DNA from: Candidatus Eiseniibacteriota bacterium
GTDB lineage: Bacteria > Eisenbacteria > RBG-16-71-46
Assembly (NCBI GenBank): GCA_963744995.1
Contig: CAVUWA010000002.1
Location: forward strand, 352,001 to 416,000
Reading direction: 5' to 3'
Length of the DNA stretch: 64,000 nucleotides
Below, one piece after another: positions 50,532-60,879 of the stretch. The translations under genes and the position numbers were made by a program. The notes beneath the pieces are model-generated. The model was not told where the DNA came from. It searched no databases and saw only the letters and a program-made list of their open reading frames with translations. Numbering within the stretch: the stretch's first letter is position 1; every line of letters begins with the position of its first letter.

Positions 50532-53433
50532 CCTGGAACGTCACCGTGCCCGACTCGCCCGGGTCGAGCACGCCGGCGAGGCTCCAGGTGACCGTGCCGC
50601 TCGCGCCGGCCGCGGGCTGTGACGACACGCCGCAGGCCGAGAGTCCGCCGCCGAGATTCCCGCACGAGGCCGACTCGAACACGGTCCACGCCGGCGTCGA
50701 ATCCTGGATCACGATCGCCGAGAGCGGCGCGGCGCCGCTGTTGCGGTAGGTGATGGTGTAGGTCAGCAGGTCGCCGGGGAGCGCGGTCGCCCGGTCCACC
50801 GCCTTGGTGATCTCGAGCGAGCCCGCGCCGTTGGTGGTGGTCACGTCGTCGAGCGCCACCGCACTCGAGAGCGGCGGTGCGGCGCCGGCGTAGTCCATCG
50901 TCGCTTCGACGTGCACGGTCTCGCTCGCTCCGGCGGGCGCGGTGAGCGGAATCACGTGCCGCAGGATCACGCATACGGTCTGGCCGGCGCTCACGCTGAG
51001 CGCGCCGACGATCAACGGCTCGCCCGCATCGAGTTGTCCGTCGCAGTTCAGGTCACGGTAGACGCCGGCGGTCCAGCCGGAGATCGCCGGGCTCGGTGCC
51101 TGCGTGGTCGCGAACGTCACGCCCCCCGCGCTGGCGGCGGTGAAGGTGTGCGGGTGCAGCACGATCGTGCCGGGCACGCCGGTGCGGTTGCCGGCCGGGA
51201 CGAGCTGGTTCTGCGGTACGTCGCCGAACGTCGCGCCGTTCACGATCGCGCCGTTGACCGGGGTGAACGTCAGCGCGTCCGCCGCGCGGTCGTAGGCGCC
51301 GCCGGTCGCGCCCGGGGCGCCGCCGGTCGAGATCCAGCCCGCCGGATCGGTCTCGGCGATCGTCGCCGGCGCGCCGCCGGCGGCGCCGGGCGCCCACAGC
51401 GCCCAGCCGCCGCCGCCGTCGGTGAGCGCGCTGTCGCAGACGCCGCCCGCACACGCCGCGGCCACGAGCCGCACGCGCACGCCGGCGACACCGCTTTCGC
51501 CGCCGTTCGCCGCGCCGTCGTTCGCCGTGCCGCCGCCCGCGCCGTCGTCGCGGATCACGCGGCCCTCGGCGCGGCTGCCGAACCACAGGCCGAAGTTCTC
51601 GTTCGGGAGCGGATTCGAGCCGACGGTCACGCCGGTACGCACTCCGCCGGCCGCTTCGGTGCCGAGGTAGCCCGGCGGATACGCCGGCGTGACGTCGGCG
51701 AGCGTGGGATCGGTGTCGAGGATCAACGCGTAGCTCCCGAACGCGACGAGCCCGAAGGCGTAGACGCCCGAGGCCGGGTCGACGGCGGCTGCGGCCAGGG
51801 CGCTGCCGGGACTCGCGACGGGAACGAGCTTCGCCCACAGGGGAACGCCGGTTCCGGTCTCGGCGCCGTCCCACTGCAGGTTGTGGTTGGCGTCGAGGTA
51901 GGCGCGTCCCGAAAGGCTGGTGCCCACGACGCTGACGTCGGTGCGCTGCGCGCCCGCGGTGAACGTGTCGGCGTCGCTGGCCTCCGACATCGCCAGCATG
52001 AGCCGCGCGGCCACGAACGCGACGCGCGCCTGATTGGAGACCACGCTGCCCGCCGGCACCGGCGAATCGACCCGTACCCGGAAGCGCAACGTCGCCGCCT
52101 CGCCGGGGCCGAGCGTGCCGCCGCCCGCGGCGCCGGCGCCCGTGCCGACGCGAAATACGACCTCGTTCGATGCCGCGACGAATTCGGCCTGATCGTCGCC
52201 GCCGGCGTCGCTCTTCGCGCCGGCGTTGGCGCCGGCCAGGATCGCCATGGAGCCCGCGTCGTAGGTGGTGTTCGCAGGGATCGTGTCGCGCACCACCGCC
52301 GCCTCGGCGGCGTCGCTGCCGGCGTTGTGCACGCGGATCGTGTACTCGAGCACGTCGCCGGGATGGACGTCACCGCCGTTCAGGTCGGTGACGAACTTGG
52401 TGAAGTTGCTGCCGCCGAGGATCGGCACGGCCAGGTCGGTCGAGAACGTCACCACGGTCGGGAAATAGTGGTCGTCGCTCGAGACGAGCTGAATCGTCGC
52501 CGAGGTCGCACCGTTCGGAAGGATCCCCGGCGCCGCGACCCGGTCGATGTCTATGCCGAAGTTGTTGACGTAGTTCGGCGTCTTGGCGGCGACCTGCGCC
52601 CCGAGGTCGCTGATCGAGCTGTTGAAGAAGTTGTCGGGCGGGTTCACGCCGTTGCCGAGCGCCACGCCGTTCAGCAGGAACTGGTCGCCGGGCGTCCACT
52701 GTTCGCCTTCCCACGCGAGCACGCCGAGGTGCGTGTTCACGATGCCGGCCGGCGGTGTCTCCAGTCCGGTCACTGGAATCGTCACCGACGCGCCCGGCAG
52801 CACTTCGGCGAGCCCGTCGAACACGACCAGGTTGCGCCGCGGCTCGGCGAGGTTCCGGTACACGACGACCAGCGACCAGCCGGCGAAGCGCTTCGCACCG
52901 GGCTGCGCCTGTACGTTGGCCACGGTATATGAACCGCTGCCGCCCGCCTGCACCCGTGCCGTGACGTCGGCGAAGCCTTGATAGGTGCCGCCGCTGACGT
53001 CGAGCTGGGTCGCGGAGACCGTCGCGTAACCGGACGCGGGCGTCGCGAGCAGCGCGAGGCTGCGCGCGCCGTTGTTCGAGTCGCCGGACCAGTAGAGCCC
53101 TGCCCACAGGACGGTCGCCCCCGGCGGCAGCGACAGGGTGGCACGGCTCGAATTGAACGTGGCGGGATCCGCGTCGATGTCCACCTGCTGCATCACCCAG
53201 TTGTTGTTGTTGGGATTGCCCGCGCCGTTCTGCGTGGCGGCGCAGTCGGCGTCGCCGCTGCGGCAGGTGGTGAGCGTGTTGCCGATCAGCAGAATGTCAC
53301 CCTGACCGCTCGCGCTGTAGCGTGGCGTGAAGGCGCGGATCACCTGCGCGGCGGCCGGCGGGGCGGCAGCGGTGAGGGACAGTCCCGCGAGCACGACGAG
53401 CGCGGTGCGGAAACGAAGCCGGAGCCGCTTCAT
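50518..53433 (-). CDS. Secreted DUF11 protein: N-terminal adhesin-like domain, complete DUF11, SdrD-B-like domains, C-terminally incomplete DUF11
   Basis: Signal peptide from ATG 53433 (ATGA overlap); PGDVLEYTIRVHN; ends GTVTFQVRVE*. Confidence 0.85.
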   Translation of the reverse strand: MKRLRLRFRTALVVLAGLSLTAAAPPAAAQVIRAFTPRYSASGQGDILLIGNTLTTCRSGDADCAATQNGAGNPNNNNWVMQQVDIDADPATFNSSRATLSLPPGATVLWAGLYWSGDSNNGARSLALLATPASGYATVSATQLDVSGGTYQGFADVTARVQAGGSGSYTVANVQAQPGAKRFAGWSLVVVYRNLAEPRRNLVVFDGLAEVLPGASVTIPVTGLETPPAGIVNTHLGVLAWEGEQWTPGDQFLLNGVALGNGVNPPDNFFNSSISDLGAQVAAKTPNYVNNFGIDIDRVAAPGILPNGATSATIQLVSSDDHYFPTVVTFSTDLAVPILGGSNFTKFVTDLNGGDVHPGDVLEYTIRVHNAGSDAAEAAVVRDTIPANTTYDAGSMAILAGANAGAKSDAGGDDQAEFVAASNEVVFRVGTGAGAAGGGTLGPGEAATLRFRVRVDSPVPAGSVVSNQARVAFVAARLMLAMSEASDADTFTAGAQRTDVSVVGTSLSGRAYLDANHNLQWDGAETGTGVPLWAKLVPVASPGSALAAAAVDPASGVYAFGLVAFGSYALILDTDPTLADVTPAYPPGYLGTEAAGGVRTGVTVGSNPLPNENFGLWFGSRAEGRVIRDDGAGGGTANDGAANGGESGVAGVRVRLVAAACAGGVCDSALTDGGGGWALWAPGAAGGAPATIAETDPAGWISTGGAPGATGGAYDRAADALTFTPVNGAIVNGATFGDVPQNQLVPAGNRTGVPGTIVLHPHTFTAASAGGVTFATTQAPSPAISGWTAGVYRDLNCDGQLDAGEPLIVGALSVSAGQTVCVILRHVIPLTAPAGASETVHVEATMDYAGAAPPLSSAVALDDVTTTNGAGSLEITKAVDRATALPGDLLTYTITYRNSGAAPLSAIVIQDSTPAWTVFESASCGNLGGGLSACGVSSQPAAGASGTVTWSLAGVLDPGESGTVTFQVRVE

Positions 53434-56400
53434 CGTCCCGTTCCCACGCGGCCGAACAGCGACTCGTCGAACTTCGCGCGCAGGCGCAGGTAGAACCCGG
53501 CGCGCAGGTAGTCCTCGGTCGGCAGATCCGGGTCCTCGTAGCCGAACCGGTTCCAGCCGGCCGACAGCCACACGCCGCCGCCGAGCATGCGGCCGACCTC
53601 GAGCCCGAGGCCGTCCTGACGGTCCGCGAAATCGTTCACGAACAGCACGCTGCCGCTGACGCCGGCGTCCCAGTCGCGATCGAAGTCCCACGTCCAGCGG
53701 CCGTGCAGCCACTGTGCGGTCGAGCGCACGGTGAGGCCGTTCTCGCGTTCGGAGACGACCTTGCCGGCCCAGGCGAATGCGCCGTGCGCCGCGGGCTCGA
53801 TCGGGCCGCCCGCGTGCAGCGACAGTACGTTCGCCGTGCGCCGTCCACGGCCTTCCAGCGGTGAAGAGGTGCCGTCGAGGCGCAGCTCGTAGCGGCCGAG
53901 CAGATCCCACGCGGTCGCGTTCGGCTGGCGGAACGCGACGCCGAACTGCAGCCAGTCGCGCGAGGTGCGGTGCGCGCCGCTCTCGTCGGCGAAGTGGACC
54001 ATGTTGCGGGCGAGCGCCGTCCAGTCCTCGTCGAGCCGCGCGGCCACCGCGAGCGTGCCGAGCACGCTGCGTGAGTCGCTGGCGCGGCGCATCTCCAGAC
54101 GCGCCGACGACTTCACGTCGGCGTCGTCGGTGCTTTCGATCGCGCCGGTCACGGCCATGGACGGCCGGCCCGTGCCGGAGGAGAGCGGCGCGACGCGTTC
54201 GAACGTGGTGCTGACGCGCACGCCGTCGGCCGCACGCCACAGATGGCGCAGACCCACGGCGACTTCGGCTTCGCGCTCGAGCAGCGCGTCCTCGGCACGC
54301 AGCTCGCCGAATACGTGCGCGTCGCGCGCGACGTCGGAGTCCACCCCGATCACCGACGCCAGGCGGCGTTGCGTGTCGTTGAGCGTGTAGGCGCCGCCGA
54401 AGCTGGCGCTCCACTCCTGCCGGGCGTAGAGCCGCCCGATCCGGTCGAAGCGGTATTCGCCGCCGAGCGCCACCAGCCGCCGTCCCGCGCTCATCATGTC
54501 CTGCTCGTACTCGGTGTAGGCGCTCATCGCCGGGAAGCGACGCGGCTGCCCGGTGAGCTTCATGCGCAGGGCGACCAGGCCGAGCGTGTCGGAGCCGCCG
54601 GCCCCCGCGCCGGCCGCGAAGCGCGTGCCGATCTCGGCGCGCAACGACGGCGTCACCGCCTGATCGAAGCCGAGCAGCAGGCCGCCGAGCCTCCCGCCGC
54701 CCGCGGCGGCCGAATAGCGCGCGTCGGCCGTCAGCCGCGCGCCCGAGCCGAGCCGCCAGCGCATGCGGCCCAGCGCTTCGCGGCGCCCGCTCGCAAAACC
54801 GGAATAGGGATTGTCGAAGGTCGAGTCGGTGATCGCGCCGATCAGCTCGCCGGTGAGATTCGGCGCCTCGTGGTGCAGCTCGAAGCGGCTGCCGCCGCCG
54901 AACGTGCCGCCGAGGGCGCGCGTGGAAGCGTACTCGCCCTCGACGCGCGTGAACGGGCCGAGCTTCGCGCCGAGGAACGCGCCGCGCAGTTCGGACACCG
55001 CCGCCGGATCGTGGTCGTCCACGTAGGTGCCGCCGACCTCGAGCGCGTCGGTCACGTGGACCCGCGCTTCGCCGCCCGACACCCAGAAGGCGTCACCGCC
55101 GTCTTCGCGCGCATACGCCACGCGGATCGAGACCGGGTTGAGATCGGCATCGAAGCCCGGCACCGGCGACTTGAACGTGAGCCGTCCGGTGAGCGGTTCC
55201 AGCTGGTAGTCCGTGAAGCGCGAGCGCGGCGTCACGCTGAGCACGATGCCCGGCTGGTCGCGGTCGCGTACCACGATCTCGACCTGTTCGCTGTTCTCGA
55301 TCAGGGGCGCGCCGGAGAGCGTGTAGGGGCCCGAGACACCGAGCCCGCGCAGCTCCTCGACGCTGCGGCGCGAGCGCTCGCGCGAGCTGAACGCCTCGAC
55401 CCGCAGGTGCGCGTTCTCGAAGTGCTGCTGGACGCCGGTGAGGCTGCGGCGGTAGCCGGCGAGCGCGCGCGGCCCGCCGCCGGTGCGCGTGACGAAGTCG
55501 CCGTACAGCGTGGAGGCGCCGCCGTGATCCACGCGCGCGTAGAGTGCGCCGGTGGTGCGCGCCTCGAAGCCACGCAGCGACGCGTCGCCGTAGACGGGGT
55601 AGTAGGCATCCGGCTGGATGTCGCGCGAACGTGCGAGTCCATCGGGCCGGTCGGAGTCGTAGCCGAGCGTGACGTGGATGTCGTCGCGGATGCGTCCCTT
55701 CATGAACAGCGCGCCGCGCGCCGCGGCGGACGCGCGGCCGTCGCGGCGTTCGCTGCGGAACGCCTCCATCGGCGCTTCGAAGCTGCTTCGCCTCCGCTCG
55801 GCCGTCGAGAAGCCCCGCGAGAGATGGTCGAGCGACACCACGCCTTCGAACGTGCCGACCGCGAGGAACGGGCGGAACGCGGACACGAACGAGATGACGC
55901 TGGCCGTGCGCACCGGGCCCGCGCTCGCCTCGAGGGTGACGCGCCCGGGCTCGGCAGGCGGTGTGAACGGCAGCCGCGCCGCGCCGCCGCGCACCGCGAC
56001 CTGCACGCCCGGGGTTTGCGGGTCGAGGTCGGCCGCGAGCCATTCGCCCGCGCTCGCCGTCAGCGTCACGCGCGTGAGGTCCGGCACCGGCAGCCCGTGC
56101 CGATCGAGGGCCCGCACCCGCACGGCGACGGCCGCGGCCTGCTCGAGCGTCGGCGGCGCATCGAACTCGAGTCGCGCGAGCGGCCCCGGGGCGACGATCG
56201 TGACCTCGGCATGACCGAACGGCCGGCCCTCGGGATCCTGCTGCGCGAGCTCGATGCGGTTCTCGCCCGGGGCGAGCGCGACGCCGATGTATTCGCGCAG
56301 CTCGATGCCGAGGTCGTTGCGCGTCGCGGCGCGGCCGACCCGCGATTCGGGCACGATCTCGCCATTACGCATGAGCACGAAGCCGAATCCGGCGCGCCCC

Positions 56401-58100
56401 TTCACGGTCAAACGGATCTGCCCGGCGAGCACGGTGTCGCGCGGCGCGAGGCCCACGAAGCCGGGCGCGGGATCGGTGAGGTCCATCACGTCCACCGGCC
56501 GCGGCGGAGCGGTGTCGAGTGCAGGTGAGGCCGCCGAGTCCCGGACGGCGGCGCCGATGCCCTGGATCTCTTTCGGGGCGAGCTCCGGCGGCGCGCTGTT
56601 CGAGCCGGCGCCTTCCGTGCCGTACCAGCCCGCGGCCGGGCGAGCGCGCAGGTCGGTGCCGGTGACCGGCGTGGTCTCGCGCGGCAGTTCGCTGCGCACC
56701 GCGCGTGTGAGTTCGGCGCCGCGGCCGGCGATCATGCGCGGATCGCGCGGCTTTGCGGCGGGCGGTTGCGTGGTGTCGGGCTGCACGGCGAAGTCGGCGC
56801 GTGCCATCTCGCCGCGCTGCAGGTCCACGAAACGCAGGGAGGGCATGTCGCCCTGGCGATGATCGGTCGCGAGCGGCTGCGCGCCCGCGGGCAGGGTCGA
56901 GGTGTCGAGCTTGAGCGCGTGCGTGCGCGGCGCCAGCCCGTAGAAGCTGTACTGGCCGTCGCGGTCGGTGAGCGCGAAGGTTCCGTCGTCCAGGTAGAGG
57001 CGCACGCCGGCGAGGCCGTGATCGCCCGCGCCGCGGCGCCCGTCGCCATCGGCATCGGCGTACACGGCACCGAGGATGCTGCCTTCTTCGGCGAACACCC
57101 CGCCGAGCACGGTGACGCGCGCCGAGGCCCGGTTCGACGTCGCGCCGCCGCCCGCGCCCCACGCCGTGTTGAGCGCGTCGCCGCGCGGTGCGCCGCTGCC
57201 GATGCGTACGCGATAGCGCACCTCGGCGACGGCCTGCGGATCGAGCGGCCCGGCGTCGAATACCAGGTGCGGCCCGGCGCCCCCTGCGGGATCGGCGATG
57301 CGTCCCCCGCCCGCGAACGCGGTGCCGGCGACGTAGGCGAAGCCCGGCGGCAGATCGTCGGTGACCGCGAGCGTGGTGAGCGCGCTGTCCGAGCGGTTGG
57401 CGATCCGGACACTGTACTCGAGCACGTCACCCGGCTCGGCGTACCGGCGCGAGGCGGTCTTTTCGGCGAACAGCGTGACGTCCGTCGCGGGCGGCGCGGC
57501 GGCGACGTACACCGTGTCGGTGTTCATGGCGAGCGCGCCCTGGGTGAGACCGGTCGCGGTGAGCCGCACCAGCGCCGGGCCGGGCGGCGTGAGGCCGGCC
57601 GGCACCGAGACGTTGAGCAGCAGGTCGAGCGCTTCGCCCGCAGCGACCTGCAACGTGTCGCCGGGGCCGATCGTGATTTCGCCGCTGCTCTCGAGGCCGT
57701 CACGATTGCCGTCGAGCGTGAGGGTCAGCAGCCCCGCATCGAAGCCGTCGCCGGCGAGGTTGGCGACGTCGAAGCGCACGGAGGTCGCGACGTTGCCGGT
57801 GTTGACGAGCCGGTGCGCGAGGCTCGCGGCCGTGCCCGGGGCGATGGTGACCGACTGCGAACGTTCGAGACGCAGCGTCTCGACCGGCTGCACCAGCGCG
57901 CGCACGGTGTCGGAGAAGGTGCTGAACGAACCGCCGGAGGGGTGTACCGCGGTGGCTTCCGCGGAATTGTCGACGGGCGTGCCGGCCGGCGGCGCCGCGC
58001 CCGCGGGTGCCGCGAGACACACGAAGGCCCCGATCAGCCAGGCCGTGATGTTTCGGCCTGCCCGTCGAGGGCCGCAGCGCGTCCGCGGGGTCGAATGCAT
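53430..58100 (-). CDS. Large DUF11/SdrD-B/Ig protein with C-terminal outer-membrane beta-barrel region
   Basis: Signal peptide, PGDVLEYSVRIAN, YYPVYGDAS, long amphipathic beta-strand region ending GFYLRLRAKFDE. Confidence 0.85.
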   Translation of the reverse strand: MHSTPRTRCGPRRAGRNITAWLIGAFVCLAAPAGAAPPAGTPVDNSAEATAVHPSGGSFSTFSDTVRALVQPVETLRLERSQSVTIAPGTAASLAHRLVNTGNVATSVRFDVANLAGDGFDAGLLTLTLDGNRDGLESSGEITIGPGDTLQVAAGEALDLLLNVSVPAGLTPPGPALVRLTATGLTQGALAMNTDTVYVAAAPPATDVTLFAEKTASRRYAEPGDVLEYSVRIANRSDSALTTLAVTDDLPPGFAYVAGTAFAGGGRIADPAGGAGPHLVFDAGPLDPQAVAEVRYRVRIGSGAPRGDALNTAWGAGGGATSNRASARVTVLGGVFAEEGSILGAVYADADGDGRRGAGDHGLAGVRLYLDDGTFALTDRDGQYSFYGLAPRTHALKLDTSTLPAGAQPLATDHRQGDMPSLRFVDLQRGEMARADFAVQPDTTQPPAAKPRDPRMIAGRGAELTRAVRSELPRETTPVTGTDLRARPAAGWYGTEGAGSNSAPPELAPKEIQGIGAAVRDSAASPALDTAPPRPVDVMDLTDPAPGFVGLAPRDTVLAGQIRLTVKGRAGFGFVLMRNGEIVPESRVGRAATRNDLGIELREYIGVALAPGENRIELAQQDPEGRPFGHAEVTIVAPGPLARLEFDAPPTLEQAAAVAVRVRALDRHGLPVPDLTRVTLTASAGEWLAADLDPQTPGVQVAVRGGAARLPFTPPAEPGRVTLEASAGPVRTASVISFVSAFRPFLAVGTFEGVVSLDHLSRGFSTAERRRSSFEAPMEAFRSERRDGRASAAARGALFMKGRIRDDIHVTLGYDSDRPDGLARSRDIQPDAYYPVYGDASLRGFEARTTGALYARVDHGGASTLYGDFVTRTGGGPRALAGYRRSLTGVQQHFENAHLRVEAFSSRERSRRSVEELRGLGVSGPYTLSGAPLIENSEQVEIVVRDRDQPGIVLSVTPRSRFTDYQLEPLTGRLTFKSPVPGFDADLNPVSIRVAYAREDGGDAFWVSGGEARVHVTDALEVGGTYVDDHDPAAVSELRGAFLGAKLGPFTRVEGEYASTRALGGTFGGGSRFELHHEAPNLTGELIGAITDSTFDNPYSGFASGRREALGRMRWRLGSGARLTADARYSAAAGGGRLGGLLLGFDQAVTPSLRAEIGTRFAAGAGAGGSDTLGLVALRMKLTGQPRRFPAMSAYTEYEQDMMSAGRRLVALGGEYRFDRIGRLYARQEWSASFGGAYTLNDTQRRLASVIGVDSDVARDAHVFGELRAEDALLEREAEVAVGLRHLWRAADGVRVSTTFERVAPLSSGTGRPSMAVTGAIESTDDADVKSSARLEMRRASDSRSVLGTLAVAARLDEDWTALARNMVHFADESGAHRTSRDWLQFGVAFRQPNATAWDLLGRYELRLDGTSSPLEGRGRRTANVLSLHAGGPIEPAAHGAFAWAGKVVSERENGLTVRSTAQWLHGRWTWDFDRDWDAGVSGSVLFVNDFADRQDGLGLEVGRMLGGGVWLSAGWNRFGYEDPDLPTEDYLRAGFYLRLRAKFDESLFGRVGTGR

Positions 58101-58176
58101 GGCGGATTCGCCACCCTGCCGGAGGCCGTCCGAAGACGGCCCCCGGCGCAGGCGACGTGGATGACAGCTCCGATCG

Positions 58177-60792
58177 TTACGGGTCGATGCGCACGCCGAA
58201 CGTGATCACCACCGACGCGCCCGGCGCCAGTGTTCCCACGGCGGCCGAGATCGATCCGGTGGCGCCGTTGGCCGGCGTGGTGATCGTGCCGGCCGTCGTC
58301 GATGCCGGCACCGCGTTCGAGTACGTGGTGTTCGCCGGCGTCGCGTCGTCCACGACGACGTTCGTCACCGAAGCCGTGCCCACGTTGGTCACGGTGATCT
58401 CGTACCTGAGACACGCCCCCGGTACGGCGCCCGCGGTGATGTTCGCGGTGCCGTAAGCCCCATCCGGGATGCCGTCACAGTTGCCGTCGAGCACCTGCCG
58501 CTTCACGACCTGCAGCTGGCCGTTCAGCACCGTCGAGTTGTCCGTGGCCGAGACGGGCGCAGGGACCACGGACGCGTACCCGATGTTGGTGGTCGTCGCC
58601 GTGACCGTCGTGAGGTTCACCTGGCCGACCGGTGCGCCCGCCGGGGCGAACACGCGCGCGAAGATCCGTATGGTGGCCCCCGGCGCCAGGCCGCCGATCG
58701 AGGACAGGTCCACGATCGCCGCGTCCGCGCCGTCGAAGATGCCGTTGTTGTTGCTGTCGACGTACAGGACGGACGACCAGCCGGCCTGGTTGTCGGCGGT
58801 GGTCAGCGCGACCACGCTGCCCGTGCCGTCGCCTTCCAGCACGTTGCCGGTGTTGGCGAGCAGATGCGTGTAGGTGACCGCGCCGCCCGGCGCCACCGAC
58901 GCCGAGTTGTTCGGCACCAGCGTGAGCGAACGGACCGGGTTCACCGACACCGCGTCGTGGATCCGGTCGAGCGCCCCGGACACCGGCGAGCGGCCGCGGA
59001 AGTACAGGTCGAAGGTTCCGGGCGCGAAGCCGGCGGGCACGGACACGTCGGCATAGACGAGCACGTTGCCACCGGCGGGCACGTTGCCCGTGTTGGTGAT
59101 CACCACATTGCCGGCGTCACGGAACGTCACGTTCCAGCCGGCCGGCAGGACGAGCGTCGCGAACGACGCGTCGGTGCTGGCGGCGAGGTCGTAGTTGTCC
59201 GCGACCGCGCTCGTATTGTTGACGTACAGCGTGAAACGGGTGGTCGTCCCCGGTGCCGTGGCGTTGGTCACCACCGCGCCCGCCTCCGGACCGGCGCCGG
59301 CGCCCGGCGCGCCCGGCAGGGCCGCGTTGTTGGTGACGTCCACCGAACTCGCGGTGATGGCCGTGAGGATGTCGGTCGCGACCGCCGTCTGGCCCGGGTC
59401 GGTGAAGGAGGTCGCCGTCTTCGCGATCTGGTACGGCCCGCCCGTGGCTCCCGGCGGCAGCGCCACGCGCAGCACGATCGTCATGGAGGCGCCCGCGGCC
59501 AGCGGGCCGCTGTCCGGCGTGCCGTTGCCGTTGGTGTCGGTGAGCGGCGTGACGCCGTCGCTCTGGTAGAGCGTGTAGCTCGCGCCGGCGGGGAACGTGC
59601 TGCCGCCGAGCGTGACGTCGAACACGTCCGAACCGTTGCCGGTGTTGGTGAGCGTGTTCGTGAACGCCACCGTCGCGCCCTGCAGCGCCGACGCCACCGT
59701 CTGACCGGTGAACGTGAGCGAGGCGGCCTGGAGCACCGTGAACGGCGTGCCGTTGGTGATGAACGGGCCGACAGGGCCGGAGCCGTCGTCGTACTGGTAC
59801 GAGGCGATGTTGGTGATCGTCTGCGGCGTGAGACCCGGATCCACGTTCACCTGGAACGTGATCGTTCCGGAGGCGCCCGCCGGAATCTGATTGATCTGAG
59901 CCGCGACGTTGTTGGGCAGCGACACACCGAAGTCGTAGATGACGGTGTTCGGCGCGGTGCCCTGCGCGTCGGCGTTGTTGGCATCGGTGAGCGCCGTCGC
60001 GCCCGTGACGCTCCAGCGCCCCGAGCTCGGCACATAGGTCATGCCGAGCGGGATCGCGTCGGTGAAGATCACGTTCGTCGCGGTGGCGTTGCCGGTGTTG
60101 TTGTAGGTGATCGTGTACGTATACGGGCCGCTCGGCGACGGGCCGGCCGGCTGATCGATGGACTTGGTGACGTTCAGCACCGCGTTGCCCGACACCGTCA
60201 CCGCGTCGGTGTTGAACGCGGTCTGGGCGTTGTCGAACACGCTCGTCGCGGTGATCGTCGCCTGCGCGACGTCGCCGGCGACCTGGACCCCGGGCACGTT
60301 GCCGACGACCACGAACCGGAACTGCGCGCCCGCGGCGAGCGACCCGGTCGAGTTGATCGGCGTGAAGTTGTCGGGCACGCCGTCGCCGTTGGCGTCCGCA
60401 TAGATCACGAGCCCGGCGAGGTCGAAGTCATCGCCGCCGAGGTTGGCCGGCGCGAGCGTGAAGTCGTCCGCGCCGTTGCCGGTGTTGGTGAGGGTGTGCG
60501 GGAACGTGGCCTGGCCGCCCGGGGCGGAGATCACGCTGCCGTCGGCCGTGAGCGTGAAGCTGGCGACCTGCTGGACGATCGTCGTGACCAGATTCGACGT
60601 CGCGGTGCGCGTCGTGCTGGTCGCGTCGAGGTACGTGGCCGTGGCCTGGTTGCCGATCGTGGTGCCGGCAGGAGGCGCGGCGGCCGCGTGGCCGACGAAC
60701 GCCACGGCGGCGAGCATCGTGAGGCCGACCAGGGCCGCGCGACGCGCAGAGACGAACCGACGCGGGGCGTCGGCCCAGACGAGGGGAATCAT
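58177..60792 (-). CDS. Secreted multi-Ig DUF11 repeat protein (candidate filament shaft subunit)
   Basis: Signal peptide; repeated HTLTNTGN Ig units with DxNxDG loops; AGGGAG RBS favours ATG 60792; ends ITFGVRIDP*. Confidence 0.88.
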   Translation of the reverse strand: MIPLVWADAPRRFVSARRAALVGLTMLAAVAFVGHAAAAPPAGTTIGNQATATYLDATSTTRTATSNLVTTIVQQVASFTLTADGSVISAPGGQATFPHTLTNTGNGADDFTLAPANLGGDDFDLAGLVIYADANGDGVPDNFTPINSTGSLAAGAQFRFVVVGNVPGVQVAGDVAQATITATSVFDNAQTAFNTDAVTVSGNAVLNVTKSIDQPAGPSPSGPYTYTITYNNTGNATATNVIFTDAIPLGMTYVPSSGRWSVTGATALTDANNADAQGTAPNTVIYDFGVSLPNNVAAQINQIPAGASGTITFQVNVDPGLTPQTITNIASYQYDDGSGPVGPFITNGTPFTVLQAASLTFTGQTVASALQGATVAFTNTLTNTGNGSDVFDVTLGGSTFPAGASYTLYQSDGVTPLTDTNGNGTPDSGPLAAGASMTIVLRVALPPGATGGPYQIAKTATSFTDPGQTAVATDILTAITASSVDVTNNAALPGAPGAGAGPEAGAVVTNATAPGTTTRFTLYVNNTSAVADNYDLAASTDASFATLVLPAGWNVTFRDAGNVVITNTGNVPAGGNVLVYADVSVPAGFAPGTFDLYFRGRSPVSGALDRIHDAVSVNPVRSLTLVPNNSASVAPGGAVTYTHLLANTGNVLEGDGTGSVVALTTADNQAGWSSVLYVDSNNNGIFDGADAAIVDLSSIGGLAPGATIRIFARVFAPAGAPVGQVNLTTVTATTTNIGYASVVPAPVSATDNSTVLNGQLQVVKRQVLDGNCDGIPDGAYGTANITAGAVPGACLRYEITVTNVGTASVTNVVVDDATPANTTYSNAVPASTTAGTITTPANGATGSISAAVGTLAPGASVVITFGVRIDP

Positions 60793-60879
60793 GGGCATCT
60801 CCCTGTAGCTCAGAGAAGGGTTCTCATGGACGGCCGCCCGCTCGTGCGGCGCGGCCGGATGTTCGAATCGAAGGACCTG

